Shown: positions 13,601 to 28,779, numbered from the stretch's first letter. The stretch is DNA of 64,000 bases from Eledone cirrhosa (GCA_964016885.1 OZ024741.1:260338001-260402000), one strand, 5' to 3'. Program-made: numbers and translations. Notes: a model not told the origin generated them from the letters alone.

Positions 13601-16600
13601 ACATACGAGTGTTCTGACTTACGAGTGTTTTGACTTACGAGTGTTCCGACTTACGAGTGTTCCGACTTACGAGTGTTTCCGGCTTACGAGTGTTTCGACT
13701 TCCGAGTGTTTTGACTTACGGTGTTTCGGCTTACGAGTGATTCGACTTACGAGTGTTTTGACTTACGGGTGATTTGACTTACGGGTGTTGTGAATTACGA
13801 GTGTTCCGATTTACGAGTGTTTTGACTTACGGTATTTCGGCTTACGAGTGATTCGACTTACGAATGTTTTGACTTACGGGTGTTTCGGCTTGCGAGTGTT
13901 TCGACTTACGAGTGTTTCGGCTTATGGGTGTTTCGACTTACTAATGTTTTTACTTACGAGTGTTTCGGCGTACGAGTGTTTTGACTTACGAGTGTTTCGA
14001 CTTACGAGTGTTTCGACTTACGAGTGTTTCGGCTTACGTGAGTTTCGACTTAAGAGTGTTCTGATTTACGAGTGTTCTGACTTGCGGGTGTTCTGATTTA
14101 CGAGTGTTCCGACTTACGAGTGTTTCGGCTTATTAGTGTTTCGACTTACGAGTGTTTCGGCTTACGAGTGTTTCGACTTATGGGTGTTTCGACTTACGAG
14201 TGTTTTTACTTACGGTGTTTCGGCTTACGAGTGTTTCGACATACGAGTGTTTTGACTTACGTGTGTTTCGACTTACGAGTGTTTTTACTTACGAGTGTTT
14301 CGGCGTACGAGTGTTTCGACTTACGAGTGTTTCGACTTACGGGTGTTTTGACTTACGGGTGTTTCGGCTTACGAGTGTTTTGACTTACGAGTGTTTTGAC
14401 TTAAGGGTGTTTCGACTTACGAGTATTTCTGGCTTACGAGTGTTTCGACTTACGAGTGTTTTGACTTACGAGTGTTCTGATTTACGGATGTTTCGACATA
14501 CGAGTGTTTCGACTTACGAGTGTTTCGACTTATGAGTGTTTCGACTTACGAGTGTTTCGGCTTATGAGTGTTTTGACTTACGAGTGCTTCGGCTTACGAG
14601 TGTTTCGACTTACGAGTATTTCGGCTTACGAGTGTTTCGACGTACGAATGTTTTGGCTTACGAGTGTTTCGGTTTATGAGTGTTTCGGCTTACGAGTGTT
14701 TCGACTTACGAGTGTTTCGGCTTACGAGTGTTTCAGTGTTTCGGCTTACGTGTGTTTCGACTTACGACTGTTTCGACTTACGACTGTTTCGGCTTACGAG
14801 TGTATCGGCTTACGAGTGTTTCGGCTTACGAGTGTTTTGACTTACGAGTGTTTTGACTTACGATTGTTTGGCTTACGAGTGTTCTGACTTACGGGTGTTC
14901 TGACTTACGGGTGTTCCGACTTACGAGTGTTTCGGCTTATGAGGGTTTCGACTTACGAGTGCTTCGACTTACGAGTGTTTCGACTTACGAATGTTTTGAC
15001 TTACGGGTGTTTCGGCTTATGAGTGTTTCGACTTACGAGTCTTTCGGCTTACGAGTGTTTCGACTTACTAATGTTTTTACTTACGAGTGTTTCGGCGTAC
15101 GAGTGTTTCGACTTACGAGTGTTTCGACTTACGGGTGTTTTGACTTACGGGTGTTTCGGCTTACGAGTGTTTCGACTTACGAGTGTTTTGACTTAAGGGT
15201 GTTTCGACTTACGAGTATTTTTGGCTTACGAGTGTTTCGACTTACGAGTGTTTTGACTTACGAGTGTTCTGATTTACGGATGTTTCGACATACGAGTGTT
15301 TCGACTTACGAGTGTTTCGACTTATGAGTGTTTCGACTTACGAGTGTTTCGGCTTACGAGTGTTTCGACTTACGAGTGTTTTGACTTACGGTGTTTCGGC
15401 TTACGAGTGTTTCGACTTACGAGTGTTTTGACTTACGGGTGTTTTGACATACGAGTGTTTCGATACGAGTGTTCTGACTTACGAGTGTTCTGACTTACGA
15501 GTGTTTTGACTTACGAGTGTTCTGACTTACGAGTGTTCCGACTTACGAGTGTTCCGACTTACGAGTGTTTCGGCTTACGAGTGTTTCCGGCTTACGAGTG
15601 TTTCGACTTCCGAGTGTTTTGACTTACGGTGTTTCGGCTTACGAGTGATTCGACTTACGAGTGTTTTGACTTACGGGTGATTTGACTTACGGGTGTTGTG
15701 AATTACGAGTGTTCCGATTTACGAGTGTTTTGACTTACGGTATTTCGGCTTACGAGTGATTCGACTTACGAATGTTTTGACTTACGGGTGTTTCGGCTTG
15801 CGAGTGTTTCGACTTACGAGTGTTTCGGCTTATGGGTGTTTCGACTTACTAATGTTTTTACTTACGAGTGTTTCGGCGTACGAGTGTTTTGACTTACGAG
15901 TGTTTCGACTTACGAGTGTTTCGACTTACGAGTGTTTCGGCTTACGTGAGTTTCGACTTAAGAGTGTTCTGATTTACGAGTGTTCTGACTTGCGGGTGTT
16001 CTGATTTACGAGTGTTCCGACTTACGAGTGTTTCGGCTTATTAGTGTTTCGACTTACGAGTGTTTCGGCTTACGAGTGTTTCGACTTATGGGTGTTTCGA
16101 CTTACGAGTGTTTTTACTTACGGTGTTTCGGCTTACAAGTGTTTCGACATACGAGTGTTTTGACTTACGGGTGTTTCGACTTACGAGTGTTTTTACTTAC
16201 GAGTGTTTCGGCGTACGAGTGTTTCGACTTACGTGTGTTTCGACTTACGGGTGTTTTGACTTACGGGTGTTTCGGCTTACGAGTGTTTTGACTTACGAGT
16301 GTTTTGACTTAAGGGTGTTTCGACTTACGAGTATTTCTGGCTTACGAGTGTTTCGACTTACGAGTGTTTTGACTTACGAGTGTTCTGATTTACGGATGTT
16401 TCGACATACGAGTGTTTCGACTTACGAGTGTTTCGACTTATGAGTGTTTCGACTTACGAGTGTTTCGGCTTATGAGTGTTTTGACTTACGAGTGCTTCGG
16501 CTTACGAGTGTTTCGACTTACGAGTATTTCGGCTTACGAGTGTTTCGACGTACGAATGTTTTGGCTTAAGAGTGTTTCGGTTTATGAGTGTTTCGGCTTA

Positions 16601-19600
16601 CGAGTGTTTCGACTTACGAGTGTTTCGGCTTACGAGTGTTTCAGTGTTTCGGCTTACGTGTGTTTCGACTTACGACTGTTTCGACTTACGACTGTTTCGG
16701 CTTACGAGTGTATCGGCTTACGAGTGTTTCGGCTTATGAGTGTTTTGACTTACGAGTGTTTTGACTTACGATTGTTTGGCTTACGAGTGTTCTGACTTAC
16801 GGGTGTTCTGACTTACGAGTGTTCCGACTTACGAGTGTTTCGGCTTATGAGGGTTTCGACTTACGAGTGCTTCGGCTTACGAGTGTTTCGACTTACGAGT
16901 GTTTCGGCTTACGGGTGTTTCGACTTACGAGTGTTTCGACTTACGAGTGTTTTGACTTACGGTGTTTCGGCTTACGAGTGTTTCGACTTACGAGTGTTTC
17001 GACTTACGAGTGTTTTGACTTACGGTGTTTCGACTTACGGGTCTTTCGACTTACGAGTGTTTCGACTTGCGAGTGTTTCGGCTTATGAGGGTTTCGACTT
17101 ACGAGTGCTTCGGCTTACGAGTGTTCTGACTTACGGGTGTTCTGACTTACGAGTGTTCCGACTTACGAGGGTTTCAACTTACGAGTGTTATGACTTACGG
17201 GTGTTTTGACATACGAGTGTTTCGACTTACGAGTGTTTTGACTTACGGGTGTTTTGACATACGAGTGTTTCGATACGAGTGTTCTGACTTACGAGTGTTC
17301 TGACTTACGAGTGTTCTGACTTACGAGTGTTTCGACATACGAGTGTTTTGACTTACGGGTGTTTCGACTTACGAGTGTTTTGACTTACGAATGTTTTGAC
17401 TTACGGGTGTTTCGGCTTACGAGTGTTTCGACTTACGAGTGTTTCGGCTTACGAGTGTTTCGACTTACTAATGTTTTTACTTACGAGTGTTTCGGCGTAC
17501 GAGAGTTTTGACTTACGAGTGTTTCGACTTACGAGTGTTTCGACTTACGAGTATTTTGACTTACGAATGTTTTGACTTACGGGTGTTTCGGCTTACGAGT
17601 GTTTCGACTTACGAGTCTTTCGGCTTACGAGTGTTTTGACTTACGAGTGTTTTGACTTAAGGGTGTTTCGACTTACGAGTATTTTTGGCTTACGAGTGTT
17701 TCGACTTACGAGTGTTTTGACTTACGAGTGTTCTGATTTACGGATGTTTCGACATACGAGTGTTTCGACTTACGAGTGTTTCGACTTATGAGTGTTTCGA
17801 CTTACGAGTGTTTCGACTTACGAGTGTTTCGGCTTATGATTGTTTCGACTTACGAGTGTTTTGACTTACGGTGTTTCAGCTTACGAGTGTTTCGACTTAC
17901 GAGTGTTTTGACTTACGGGTGTTTTGACATACGAGTGTTTCGATACGAGTGTTCTGACTTACGAGTGTTCTGACTTACGAGTGTTTTGACTTACGAGTGT
18001 TCTGACTTACGAGTGTTCCGACTTACGAGTGTTCCGACTTACGAGTGTTTCGACTTACGAGTGTTTCGACTTTCGAGTGTTTTGACTTACGGTGTTTCGG
18101 CTTACGAGTGTTTCGACATACGAGTGTTTTGACTTACGGGTGTTTCGACTTACGAGTGTTTTTACTTACGAGTGTTTCGGCGTACGAGTGTTTCGACTTA
18201 CGAGTGTTTCGACTTACGGGTGTTTTGACTTACGGGTGTTTCGGCTTACGAGTGTTTTGACTTACGAGTGTTTTGACTTAAGGGTGTTTCGACTTACGAG
18301 TATTTCTGGCTTACGAGTGTTTCGACTTACGAGTGTTTTGACTTACGAGTGTTCTGATTTACGGATGTTTCGACATACGAGTGTTTCGACTTACGAGTGT
18401 TTCGACTTATGAGTGTTTCGACTTACGAGTGTTTCGGCTTATGAGTGTTTTGACTTACGAGTGCTTCGGCTTACGAGTGTTTCAACTTACGAGTATTTCG
18501 GCTTACGAGTGTTTCGACGTACGAATGTTTTGGCTTAAGAGTGTTTCGGTTTATGAGTGTTTCGGCTTACGAGTGTTTCGACTTACGAGTGTTTCGGCTT
18601 ACGAGTGTTTCAGTGTTTCGGCTTACGTGTGTTTCGACTTACGACTGTTTCGACTTACGACTGTTTCGGCTTACGAGTGTATCGGCTTACGAGTGTTTCG
18701 GCTTACGAGTGTTTTGAATTACGAGTGTTTTGACTTACGATTGTTTGGCTTACGAGTGTTCTGACTTACGGGTGTTCTGACTTACGAGTGTTCCGACTTA
18801 CGAGTGTTTCGGCTTATGAGGGTTTCGACTTACGAGTGCTTCGGCTTACGAGTGTTTCGACTTACGAGTGTTTCGGCTTACGAGTGTTTCGACTTACGAG
18901 TGTTTCGACTTACGAGTGTTTTGACTTACGGTGTTTCGGCTTACGAGTGTTTCGACATACGAGTGTTTTGACGTACGGGTGTTTCGACTTACGGGTCTTT
19001 CGACTTACGAGTGTTTCGACTTGCGAGTGTTTCGGCTTATGAGGGTTTCGACTTACGAGTGCTTCGGCTTACGAGTGTTCTGACTTACGGGTGTTCTGAC
19101 TTACGAGTGTTCCGACTTACGAGGGTTTCAACTTACGAGTGTTATGACTTACGGGTGTTTTGACATACGAGTGTTTCGACTTACGAGTGTTTTGACTTAC
19201 GGGTGTTTTGACATACGAGTGTTTCGATACGAGTGTTCTGACTTACGAGTGTTCTGACTTACGAGTGTTCTGACTTACGAGTGTTTCGACATACGAGTGT
19301 TTTGACTTACGGGTGTTTCGACTTACGAGTGTTTTGACTTACGAATGTTTTGACTTACGGGTGTTTCGGCTTACGAGTGTTTCGACTTACGAGTGTTTCG
19401 GCTTACGAGTGTTTCGACTTACTAATGTTTTTACTTACGAGTGTTTCGGCGTACGAGAGTTTTGACTTACGAGTGTTTCGACTTACGAGTGTTTCGACTT
19501 ACGAGTATTTTGACTTACGAATGTTTTGACTTACGGGTGTTTCGGCTTACGAGTGTTTCGACTTACGAGTCTTTCGGCTTACGAGTGTTTTGACTTACGA

Positions 19601-22600
19601 GTGTTTTGACTTAAGGGTGTTTCGACTTACGAGTATTTTTGGCTTACGAGTGTTTCGACTTACGAGTGTTTTGACTTACGAGTGTTCTGATTTACGGATG
19701 TTTCGACATACGAGTGTTTCGACTTACGAGTGTTTCGACTTATGAGTGTTTCGACTTACGAGTGTTTCGACTTACGAGTGTTTCGGCTTATGATTGTTTC
19801 GACTTACGAGTGTTTTGACTTACGGTGTTTCAGCTTACGAGTGTTTCGACTTACGAGTGTTTTGACTTACGGGTGTTTTGACATACGAGTGTTTCGATAC
19901 GAGTGTTCTGACTTACGAGTGTTCTGACTTACGAGTGTTTTGACTTACGAGTGTTCTGACTTACGAGTGTTCCGACTTACGAGTGTTCCGACTTACGAGT
20001 GTTTCGACTTACGAGTGTTTCGACTTTCGAGTGTTTTGACTTACGGTGTTTCGGCTTGCGAGTGTTTCGACTTACGAGTGTTTCGGCTTATGAGGGTTTC
20101 GACTTACGAGTGCTTCGGCTTACGAGTGTTTCGACTTACGAGTGTTTCGGCTTTCGAGTGTTTTGACTTACGAGTGTTTTGACTTACGGGTGTTGTGAAT
20201 TACCAGTGTTCCGATTTACGAGTGTTTTGACTTACGGTGTTTCGGCTTGCGAGTGTTTCGGCTTACGAGTGTTTCCGGCTTACGAGTGTTTCGACTTACG
20301 AGTGTTTCGACTTTCGAGTGTTTTGACTTACGGTGTTTCGGCTTGCGAGTGTTTCGACTTACGAGTGTTTCGGCTTATGAGTGTTTCGACTTACTAATGT
20401 TTTTACTTACGAGTGTTTCGGCGTTCGAGTGTTTTGACTTACGAGTGTTTCGACTTACGAGTGTTTTGACTTACGAATGTTTTGACTTACGGGTGTTTCG
20501 GCTTACGGGTGTTTCGACTTACGAGTGTTTCGACTTATGAGTGTTTCGACTTACGAGTGTTCTGACTTACGAGTGTTCTGACTTACGAGTGTTCCGACTT
20601 ACGAGTGTTTCGGTTTACGAGTGTTTCGACATACGAGTGTTTTGACTTACGGGTGTTTCGACTTACGGGTGTTTCGACTTACGGGTGTTTCGAATTAAGA
20701 GTGTTTCGGCTTACGAGTGTTTCGACTTACTAATGTTTTTACTTACGAGTGTTTCGGTGTACGAATGTTTTGACTTACGAGTGTTTTGACTTACGAGTGT
20801 TCTGATTTACGGATGTTTCGACATACGAGTGTTTCGACTTACGAGTGTTTCGACTTACGAGTGTTTCGGCTTACGTGAGTTTCGACTTAAGAGTGTTCTG
20901 ATTTACGAGTGTTCTGACTTGCGGGTGTTCTGATTTACGAGTGTTCCGACTTACGATTGTTTCGGCTTACGAGTGTTTCGACTTATGGGTGTTTCGACTT
21001 ACGAGTGTTTTTACTTACGGTGTTTCGGCTTACGAGTGTTTCGACATACGAGTGTTTTGACTTACGGGTGTTTCGGCTTACGAGTGTTTCGACTTACGAG
21101 TGTTTCGGCTTACGAGTGTTTCGACTTACTAATGTTTTTACTTACGAGTGTTTCGGCGTACGAGAGTTTTGACTTACGAGTGTTTCGACTTACGAGTGTT
21201 TTGACTTACGAATGTTTTGACTTACGGGTGTTTCGGCTTATGAGTGTTTCGACTTACGAGTCTTTTGGCTTACGAGTGTTTCGACATACTAATGTTTTTA
21301 CTTACGAGTGTTTCGGCGTACGAGTGTTTCGACTTACGAGTGTTTCGACTTACGGGTGTTTTGACTTACGGGTGTTTCGGCTTACGAGTGTTTCGACTTA
21401 CGAGTGTTTTGACTTAAGGGTGTTTCGACTTACGAGTATTTTTGGCTTACGAGTGTTTCGACTTACGAGTGTTTTGACTTACGAGTGTTCTGATTTACGG
21501 ATGTTTCGACATACGAGTGTTTCGACTTACGAGTGTTTCGACTTATGAGTGTTTCGACTTACGAGTGTTTCGGCTTACGAGTGTTTCGACTTACGAGTGT
21601 TTTGACTTACGGGTGTTTTGACATACGAGTGTTTCGATACGAGTGTTCTGACTTACGAGTGTTCTGACTTACGAGTGTTTTGACTAACGAGTGTTCTGAC
21701 TTACGAGTGTTCCGACTTACGAGTGTTCCGACTTACGAGTGTTTCGGCTTACGAGTGTTTCCGGCTTACGAGTGTTTCGACTTACGAGTGTTTTGACTTA
21801 CGGTGTTTCGGCTTACGAGTGATTCGACTTACGAGTGTTTTGACTTACGGGTGATTTGACTTACGGGTGTTGTGAATTACGAGTGTTCCGATTTACGAGT
21901 GTTTTGACTTACGGTATTTCGGCTTACGAGTGATTCGACTTACGAATGTTTTGACTTACGGGTGTTTCGGCTTGCGAGTGTTTCGACTTACGAGTGTTTC
22001 GGCTTATGGGTGTTTCGACTTACTAATGTTTTTACTTACGAGTGTTTCGGCGTACGAGTGTTTTGACTTACGAGTGTTTCGACTTACGAGTGTTTCGACT
22101 GACGAGTGTTTCGGCTTACGTGAGTTTCGACTTAAGAGTGTTCTGATTTACGAGTGTTCTGACTTGCGGGTGTTCTGATTTACGAGTGTTCCGACTTACG
22201 AGTGTTTCGGCTTATTAGTGTTTCGACTTACGAGTGTTTCGGCTTACGAGTGTTTCGACTTATGGGTGTTTCGACTTACGAGTGTTTTTACTTACGGTGT
22301 TTCGGCTTACGAGTGTTTCGACATACGAGTGTTTTGACTTACGGGTGTTTCGACTTACGAGTGTTTTTACTTACGAGTGTTTCGGCGTACGAGTGTTTCG
22401 ACTTACGGGTGTTTTGACTTACGGGTGTTTCGGCTTACGAGTGTTTTGACTTACGAGTGTTTTGACTTAAGGGTGTTTCGACTTACGAGTATTTCTGGCT
22501 TACGAGTGTTTCGACTTACGAGTGTTTTGACTTACGAGTGTTCTGATTTACGGATGTTTCGACATACGAGTGTTTCGACTTACGAGTGTTTCGACTTATG

Positions 22601-23450
22601 AGTGTTTCGACTTACGAGTGTTTCGGCTTATGAGTGTTTTGACTTACGAGTGCTTCGGCTTACGAGTGTTTCGACTTACGAGTATTTCGGCTTACGAGTG
22701 TTTCGACGTACGAATGTTTTGGCTTACGAGTGTTTCGGTTTATGAGTGTTTCGGCTTACGAGTGTTTCGACTTACGAGTGTTTCGGCTTACGAGTGTTTC
22801 AGTGTTTCGGCTTACGTGTGTTTCGACTTACGACTGTTTCGACTTACGAGTGTTCTGACTTACGAGTGTTTTGACTTACGAGTGTTCTGACTTACGCTTG
22901 TTCCGACTTACGAGTGTTCCGACTTACGAGTGTTTCGACTTACGAGTGTTTCGACTTTCGAGTGTTTTGACTTACGGTGTTTCGGCTTGCGAGTGTTTCG
23001 ACTTACGAGTGTTTCGGCTTATGAGGGTTTCGACTTACGAGTGCTTCGGCTTACGAGTGTTTCGACTTACGAGTGTTTCGGCTTACGAGTGTTTCGACTT
23101 ACGAGTGTTTCGACTTACGAGTGTTTTGACTTACGGTGTTTCGGCTTACGAGTGTTTCGACATACGAGTGTTTTGACGTACGGGTGTTTCGACTTACGGG
23201 TCTTTCGACTTAAGAGTGTTTCGACTTGCGAGTGTTTCGGCTTATGAGGGTTTCGACTTACGAGTGCTTCGGCTTACGAGTGTTCTGACTTACGGGTGTT
23301 CTGACTTACGAGTGTTCCGACTTACGAGTGTTTCGGCTTATGAGGGTTTCGACTTACGAGTGCTTCGGCTTACGAGTGTTTCGACTTACGAGTGTTTTGA
23401 CTTACGGGTGTTTTGACATACGAGTGTTTCGATACGAGTGTTCTGACTTA
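7700..23450. repeat. Higher-order repeat domain with about 4.05-kb and 1.9-2.0-kb periods
   Basis: Matching ORF translations at offset 4046 (8766/12812, 9802/13848, 10074/14120, 10458/14504, 10865/14911), 1908 (13848/15756, 14120/16028, 14504/16412), 1969 (16412/18381) and 1954 (17776/19730). Boundaries are approximate. Confidence 0.85.
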
Positions 23451-26400
23451 CGAGTGTTCTGACTTACGAGTGTTCTGACTTACGAGTGTTTCGACATACG
23501 AGTGTTTTGACTTACGGGTGTTTCGACTTACGAGTGTTTTGACTTACGAATGTTTTGACTTACGGGTGTTTCAGCTTACGAGTGTTTCGACTTACGAGTG
23601 TTACGGGTTACGAGTGTTTCGACTTACTAATGTTTTTACTTACGAGTGTTTCGGCGTACGAGAGTTTTGACTTACGAGTGTTTCGACTTACGAGTGTTTC
23701 GACTTACGAGTATATTGACTTACGAATGTTTTGACTTACGGGTGTTTCGGCTTACGAGTGTTTCGACTTACGAGTGTTTCGGCTTACGAGTGATTCGACT
23801 TACTAATGTTTTTACTTACGAGTGTTTCGGCGTACGAGAGTTTTGACTTACGAGTGTTTCAACTTACGAGTGTTTCGACTTACGAGTATTTTGACTTACG
23901 AATGGTTTGACTTACGGGTGTTTCGGCTTACGAGTGTTTCGGCTTACGAGTCTTTCGGCTTACGAGTGTTTTGACTTACGAGTGTTTTGACTTAAGGATG
24001 TTTCGACTTACGAGTATTTTTGGCTTACGAGTGTTTCGACTTACGAGTGTTTTGACTTACGAGTGTTCTGATTTACGGATGTTTCGACATACGAGTGTTT
24101 CGACTTACGGGTGTTTTGACTTACGGGTGTTGTGAATTACGAGTGTTCCGATTTACGAGTGTTTTGACTTACGGTGTTTCGGCTTACGAGTGATTCGACT
24201 TACGAATGTTTTGACTTACGGGTGTTTCGGCTTGCGAGTGTTTCGACTTACGAGTGTTTCGGCTTATGAGTGTTTCGACTTACTAATGTTTTTACTTACG
24301 AGTGTTCTGACTTACGAGTGTTCCGACTTACGAGTGTTCCGACTTACGAGTGTTTCAGCTTACGAGTGTTTCCGGCTTACGAGTGTTTCGACTTACGAGT
24401 GTTTCGACTTACGAGTGTTTTGACTTACGGTGTTTCGACTTACGAGTGATTCGACTTACGAGTGTTTTGACTTACGGGTGTTTTGACTTACGGGTGTTGT
24501 GAATTACGAGTGTTCCGATTTACGAGTGTTTTGACTTACGGTGTTTCGGCATACGAGTGATTCGACTTACGAATGTTTTGACTTACGGGTGTTTCGGCTT
24601 GCTAGTGTTTCGACTTACGAGTGTTTCGGCTTATGAGTGTTTTGAGTTACTACTGTTTTTACTTACGAGTGTTTCGGCGTACGAGTGTTTTGACTTACGA
24701 GAGTTCCAACTTACGAGTGTTTCGACTTACGTGTGTTTCGGCTTACGAGTGTTTCGACTTACGAGTGTTTTGACTTACGAGTGTTCTGACTTACGAGTGT
24801 TCTGACTTAAGAGTGTTCCGACTACGAGTGTTCTGACTTACGGGTGTTCTGACTTACGTGTTCCGACTTACGAGTGTTTCGGCTTATGAGTGTTTCGACT
24901 TACGGGCGTTTCGACTTACGGGTGTTTCGACTTACGAGTGTTTTGACTTACGAGTGTTCTGACTTACGAGTGTTCTGACTTACGAGTGTTCCGACTTACG
25001 ACTGTTTCGACTTACGAGTGTTTTGACTTACGAGTGTTCCGACTTACGAGTGTTTCGGCTTACGGGTGTTTCGACGTACGAGTATTTTTGGCTTACGAGT
25101 GTTTCGACTTACGAGTGTTTTGAATTACGATAGTTTCGGCTTACGAGTGTTTCGACTTACGAGTATTTCGACTTACGAGTGTTTTGACTTATGGGTGTTT
25201 TGACATACGAGTGTTTCGATACGAGTGCTCTGACTTACGGGTGTTCTGACTTACGTGTGTTCCGACTTACGAGTGTTTCGGCTATGGGTGTTTCGACTTA
25301 CGAGTGTTTCGACTTACGAATGTTTTGTCTTACGAGTGTTTCGGCTTACGAGTGTTTCGACTTACGAATGTTTTGGCTTCCGAGTGTTTCGGCTTACGGG
25401 TGTTTCGACTTACGAGTGTTTCGACTTATGAGTGTTTCGACTTACGAGTGTTCTGACTTACGAGTGTTCTGACTTACGATTGTTCCGACTTACGAGTGTT
25501 TCGGCTTACGAGTGTTTCGACTTACTAATGTTTTTACTTACGAGTGTTTCGGTGTACGAGTGTTTCGACTTAAGGCTGTTTCGACTTACGAGTGTTTCGA
25601 CTTACGAGTGTTTCGACTTACGGGTGTTTCGACTTACGAATGTTTCGGCTTACGAGTGTTTCGGCTTACGAGTGTTCCGACTAAGGAGTGTTTCGGCTTA
25701 CGAGTGTTTCCGGCTTACGAGTGTTTCGACTTACGAGTGTTTCGACTTTCGAGTGTTTTGACTTACGATGTTTCGGCTTGCGAGTGTTTCGACTTACGAG
25801 TGTTTCGGCTTATGAGTGTTTCGACTTACTAATGTTTTTACTTACGAGTGTTTCGGCTTTCGAGTGTTTTGACTTACGAGTGTTTTGACTTACGGGTGTT
25901 GTGAATTACCAGTGTTCCGATTTACGAGTGTTTTGACTTACGGTGTTTCGGCTTACGAGTGTTTCGACTTACGAGTGTTTTGACTTACGGGTGTTTTGAC
26001 ATACGAGTATTTCGATACGAGTGTTCTGACTTACGAGTGTTCTGACTTACGAGTGTTTTGACTTACGAGTGTTCTGACTTACGAGTGTTCCGACTTACGA
26101 GTGTTCCGACTTACGAGTGTTTCGGCTTACGAGTGTTTCCGGCTTACGAGTGTTTCGACTTCCGAGTGTTTTGACTTACGGTGTTTCGGCTTACGAGTGA
26201 TTCGACTTACGAGTGTTTTGACTTACGGGTGATTTGACTTACGGGTGTTGTGAATTACGAGTGTTCCGATTTACGAGTGTTTTGACTTACGGTGTTTCGG
26301 CTTACGAGTGATTCGACTTACGAATGTTTTGACTTACGGGTGTTTCGGCTTGCGAGTGTTTCGACTTACGAGTGTTTCGGCTTATGGGTGTTTCGACTTA

Positions 26401-28779
26401 CTAATGTTTTTACTTACGAGTGTTTCGGCGTACGAGTGTTTTGACTTACGAGTGTTTCGACTTACGAGTGTTTCGACTTACGAGTGTTTCGGCTTACGTG
26501 AGTTTCGACTTAAGAGTGTTCTGATTTACGAGTGTTCTGACTTGCGGGTGTTCTGATTTACGAGTGTTCCGACTTACGAGTGTTTCGGCTTATTAGTGTT
26601 TCGACTTACGAGTGTTTCGGCTTACGAGTGTTTCGACTTATGGGTGTTTCGACTTACGAGTGTTTTTACTTACGGTGTTTCGGCTTACGAGTGTTTCGAC
26701 ATACGAGTGTTTTGACTTACGGGTGTTTCGACTTACGAGTGTTTTTACTTACGAGTGTTTCGGCGTACGAGTGTTTCGACTTACGAGTGTTTCGACTTAC
26801 GGGTGTTTTGACTTACGGGTGTTTCGGCTTACGAGTGTTTTGACTTACGAGTGTTTTGACTTAAGGGTGTTTCGACTTACGAGTATTTCTGGCTTACGAG
26901 TGTTTCGACTTACGAGTGTTTTGACTTACGAGTGTTCTGATTTACGGATGTTTCGACATACGAGTGTTTCGACTTACGAGTGTTTCGACTTATGAGTGTT
27001 TCGACTTACGAGTGTTTCGGCTTATGAGTGTTTTGACTTACGAGTGCTTCGGCTTACGAGTGTTTCGACTTACGAGTATTTCGGCTTACGAGTGTTTCGA
27101 CGTACGAATGTTTTGGCTTACGAGTGTTTCGGTTTATGAGTGTTTCGGCTTACGAGTGTTTCGACTTACGAGTGTTTCGGCTTACGAGTGTTTTAGTGTT
27201 TCGGCTTACGTGTGTTTCGACTTACGACTGTTTCGACTTACGACTGTTTCGGCTTACGAGTGTATCGGCTTACGAGTGTTTCGGCTTACGAGTGTTTTGA
27301 CTTACGAGTGTTTTGACTTACGATTGTTTGGCTTACGAGTGTTCTGACTTACGGGTGTTCTGACTTACGAGTGTTCCGACTTACGAGTGTTTCGGCTTAT
27401 GAGGGTTTCGACTTACGAGTGCTTCGGCTTACGAGTGTTTCGACTTACGAGTGTTTCGGCTTACGAGTGTTTCGACTAACGAGTGTTTCGACTTACGAGT
27501 GTTTTGACTTACGGTGTTTCGGCTTACGAGTGTTTCGACATACGAGTGTTTTGACGTACGGGTGTTTCGACTTACGGGTCTTTCGACTTAAGAGTGTTTC
27601 GACTTGCGAGTGTTTCGGCTTATGAGGGTTTCGACTTACGAGTGCTTCGGCTTACGAGTGTTCTGACTTACGGGTGTTCTGACTTACGAGTGTTCCGACT
27701 TACGAGTGTTTCGGCTTATGAGGGTTTCGACTTACGAGTGTTATGACTTACGGGTGTTTTGACATACGAGTGTTCTGACTTACGAGTGTTCTGACTTACG
27801 AGTGTTTCGACATACGAGTGTTTTGACTTAGGGGTGTTTCGACTTACGAGTGTTTTGACTTACGAATGTTTTGACTTACGGGTGTTTCGGCTTACGAGTG
27901 TTTCGACTTACGAGTGTTTCGGCTTACGAGTGTTTCGACTTACTAATGTTTTTACTTACGAGTGTTTCGGCGTACGAGAGTTTTGACTTACGAGTGTTTC
28001 GACTTACGAGTGTTTCGACTTACGAGTATTTTGACTTACGAATGTTTTGACTTACGGGTGTTTCGGCTTACGAGTGTTTCGACTTACGAGTGTTTCGGCT
28101 TACGAGTGTTTCGACTTACTAATGTTTTTACTTACGAGTGTTTCGGCGTACGAGAGTTTTGACTTACGAGTGTTTCGACTTACGAGTGTTTCGACTTACG
28201 AGTATTTTGACTTACGAATGTTTTGACTTACGGGTATTTCGGCTTACGAGTGTTTCGACTTACGAGTCTTTCGGCTTACGAGTGTTTTGACTTACGAGTG
28301 TTTTGACTTAAGGGTGTTTCGACTTACGAGTATTTTTGTCTTACGAGTGTTTCGACTTACGAGTGTTTTGACTTACGAGTGTTCTGATTTACGGATGTTT
28401 CGACATACGAGTGTTTCGACTTACGAGTGTTTCGACTTATGAGTGTTTCGACTTACGAGTGTTTCGACTTACGAGTGTTTTGACTTACGGGTGTTTTGAC
28501 ATACGAGTGTTTCGATACGAGTGTTCTGACTTACGAGTGTTCTGACTTACGAGTGTTTTGACTTACGAGTGTTCTAACTTACGAGTGTTCCGACTTACGA
28601 GTGTTCCGACTTACGAGTGTTTCGGCTTATGAGCGTTTCGACATACTAATGTTTTTACTTACGAGTGTTTCGGCTTTCGAGCGTTTTGACTTACGAGTGT
28701 TTTGACTTACGGGTGTTGTGAATTACCAGTGTTCCTATTTACGAGTGTTTTGACTTACGGTGTTTCGGCTTGCGAGTGT

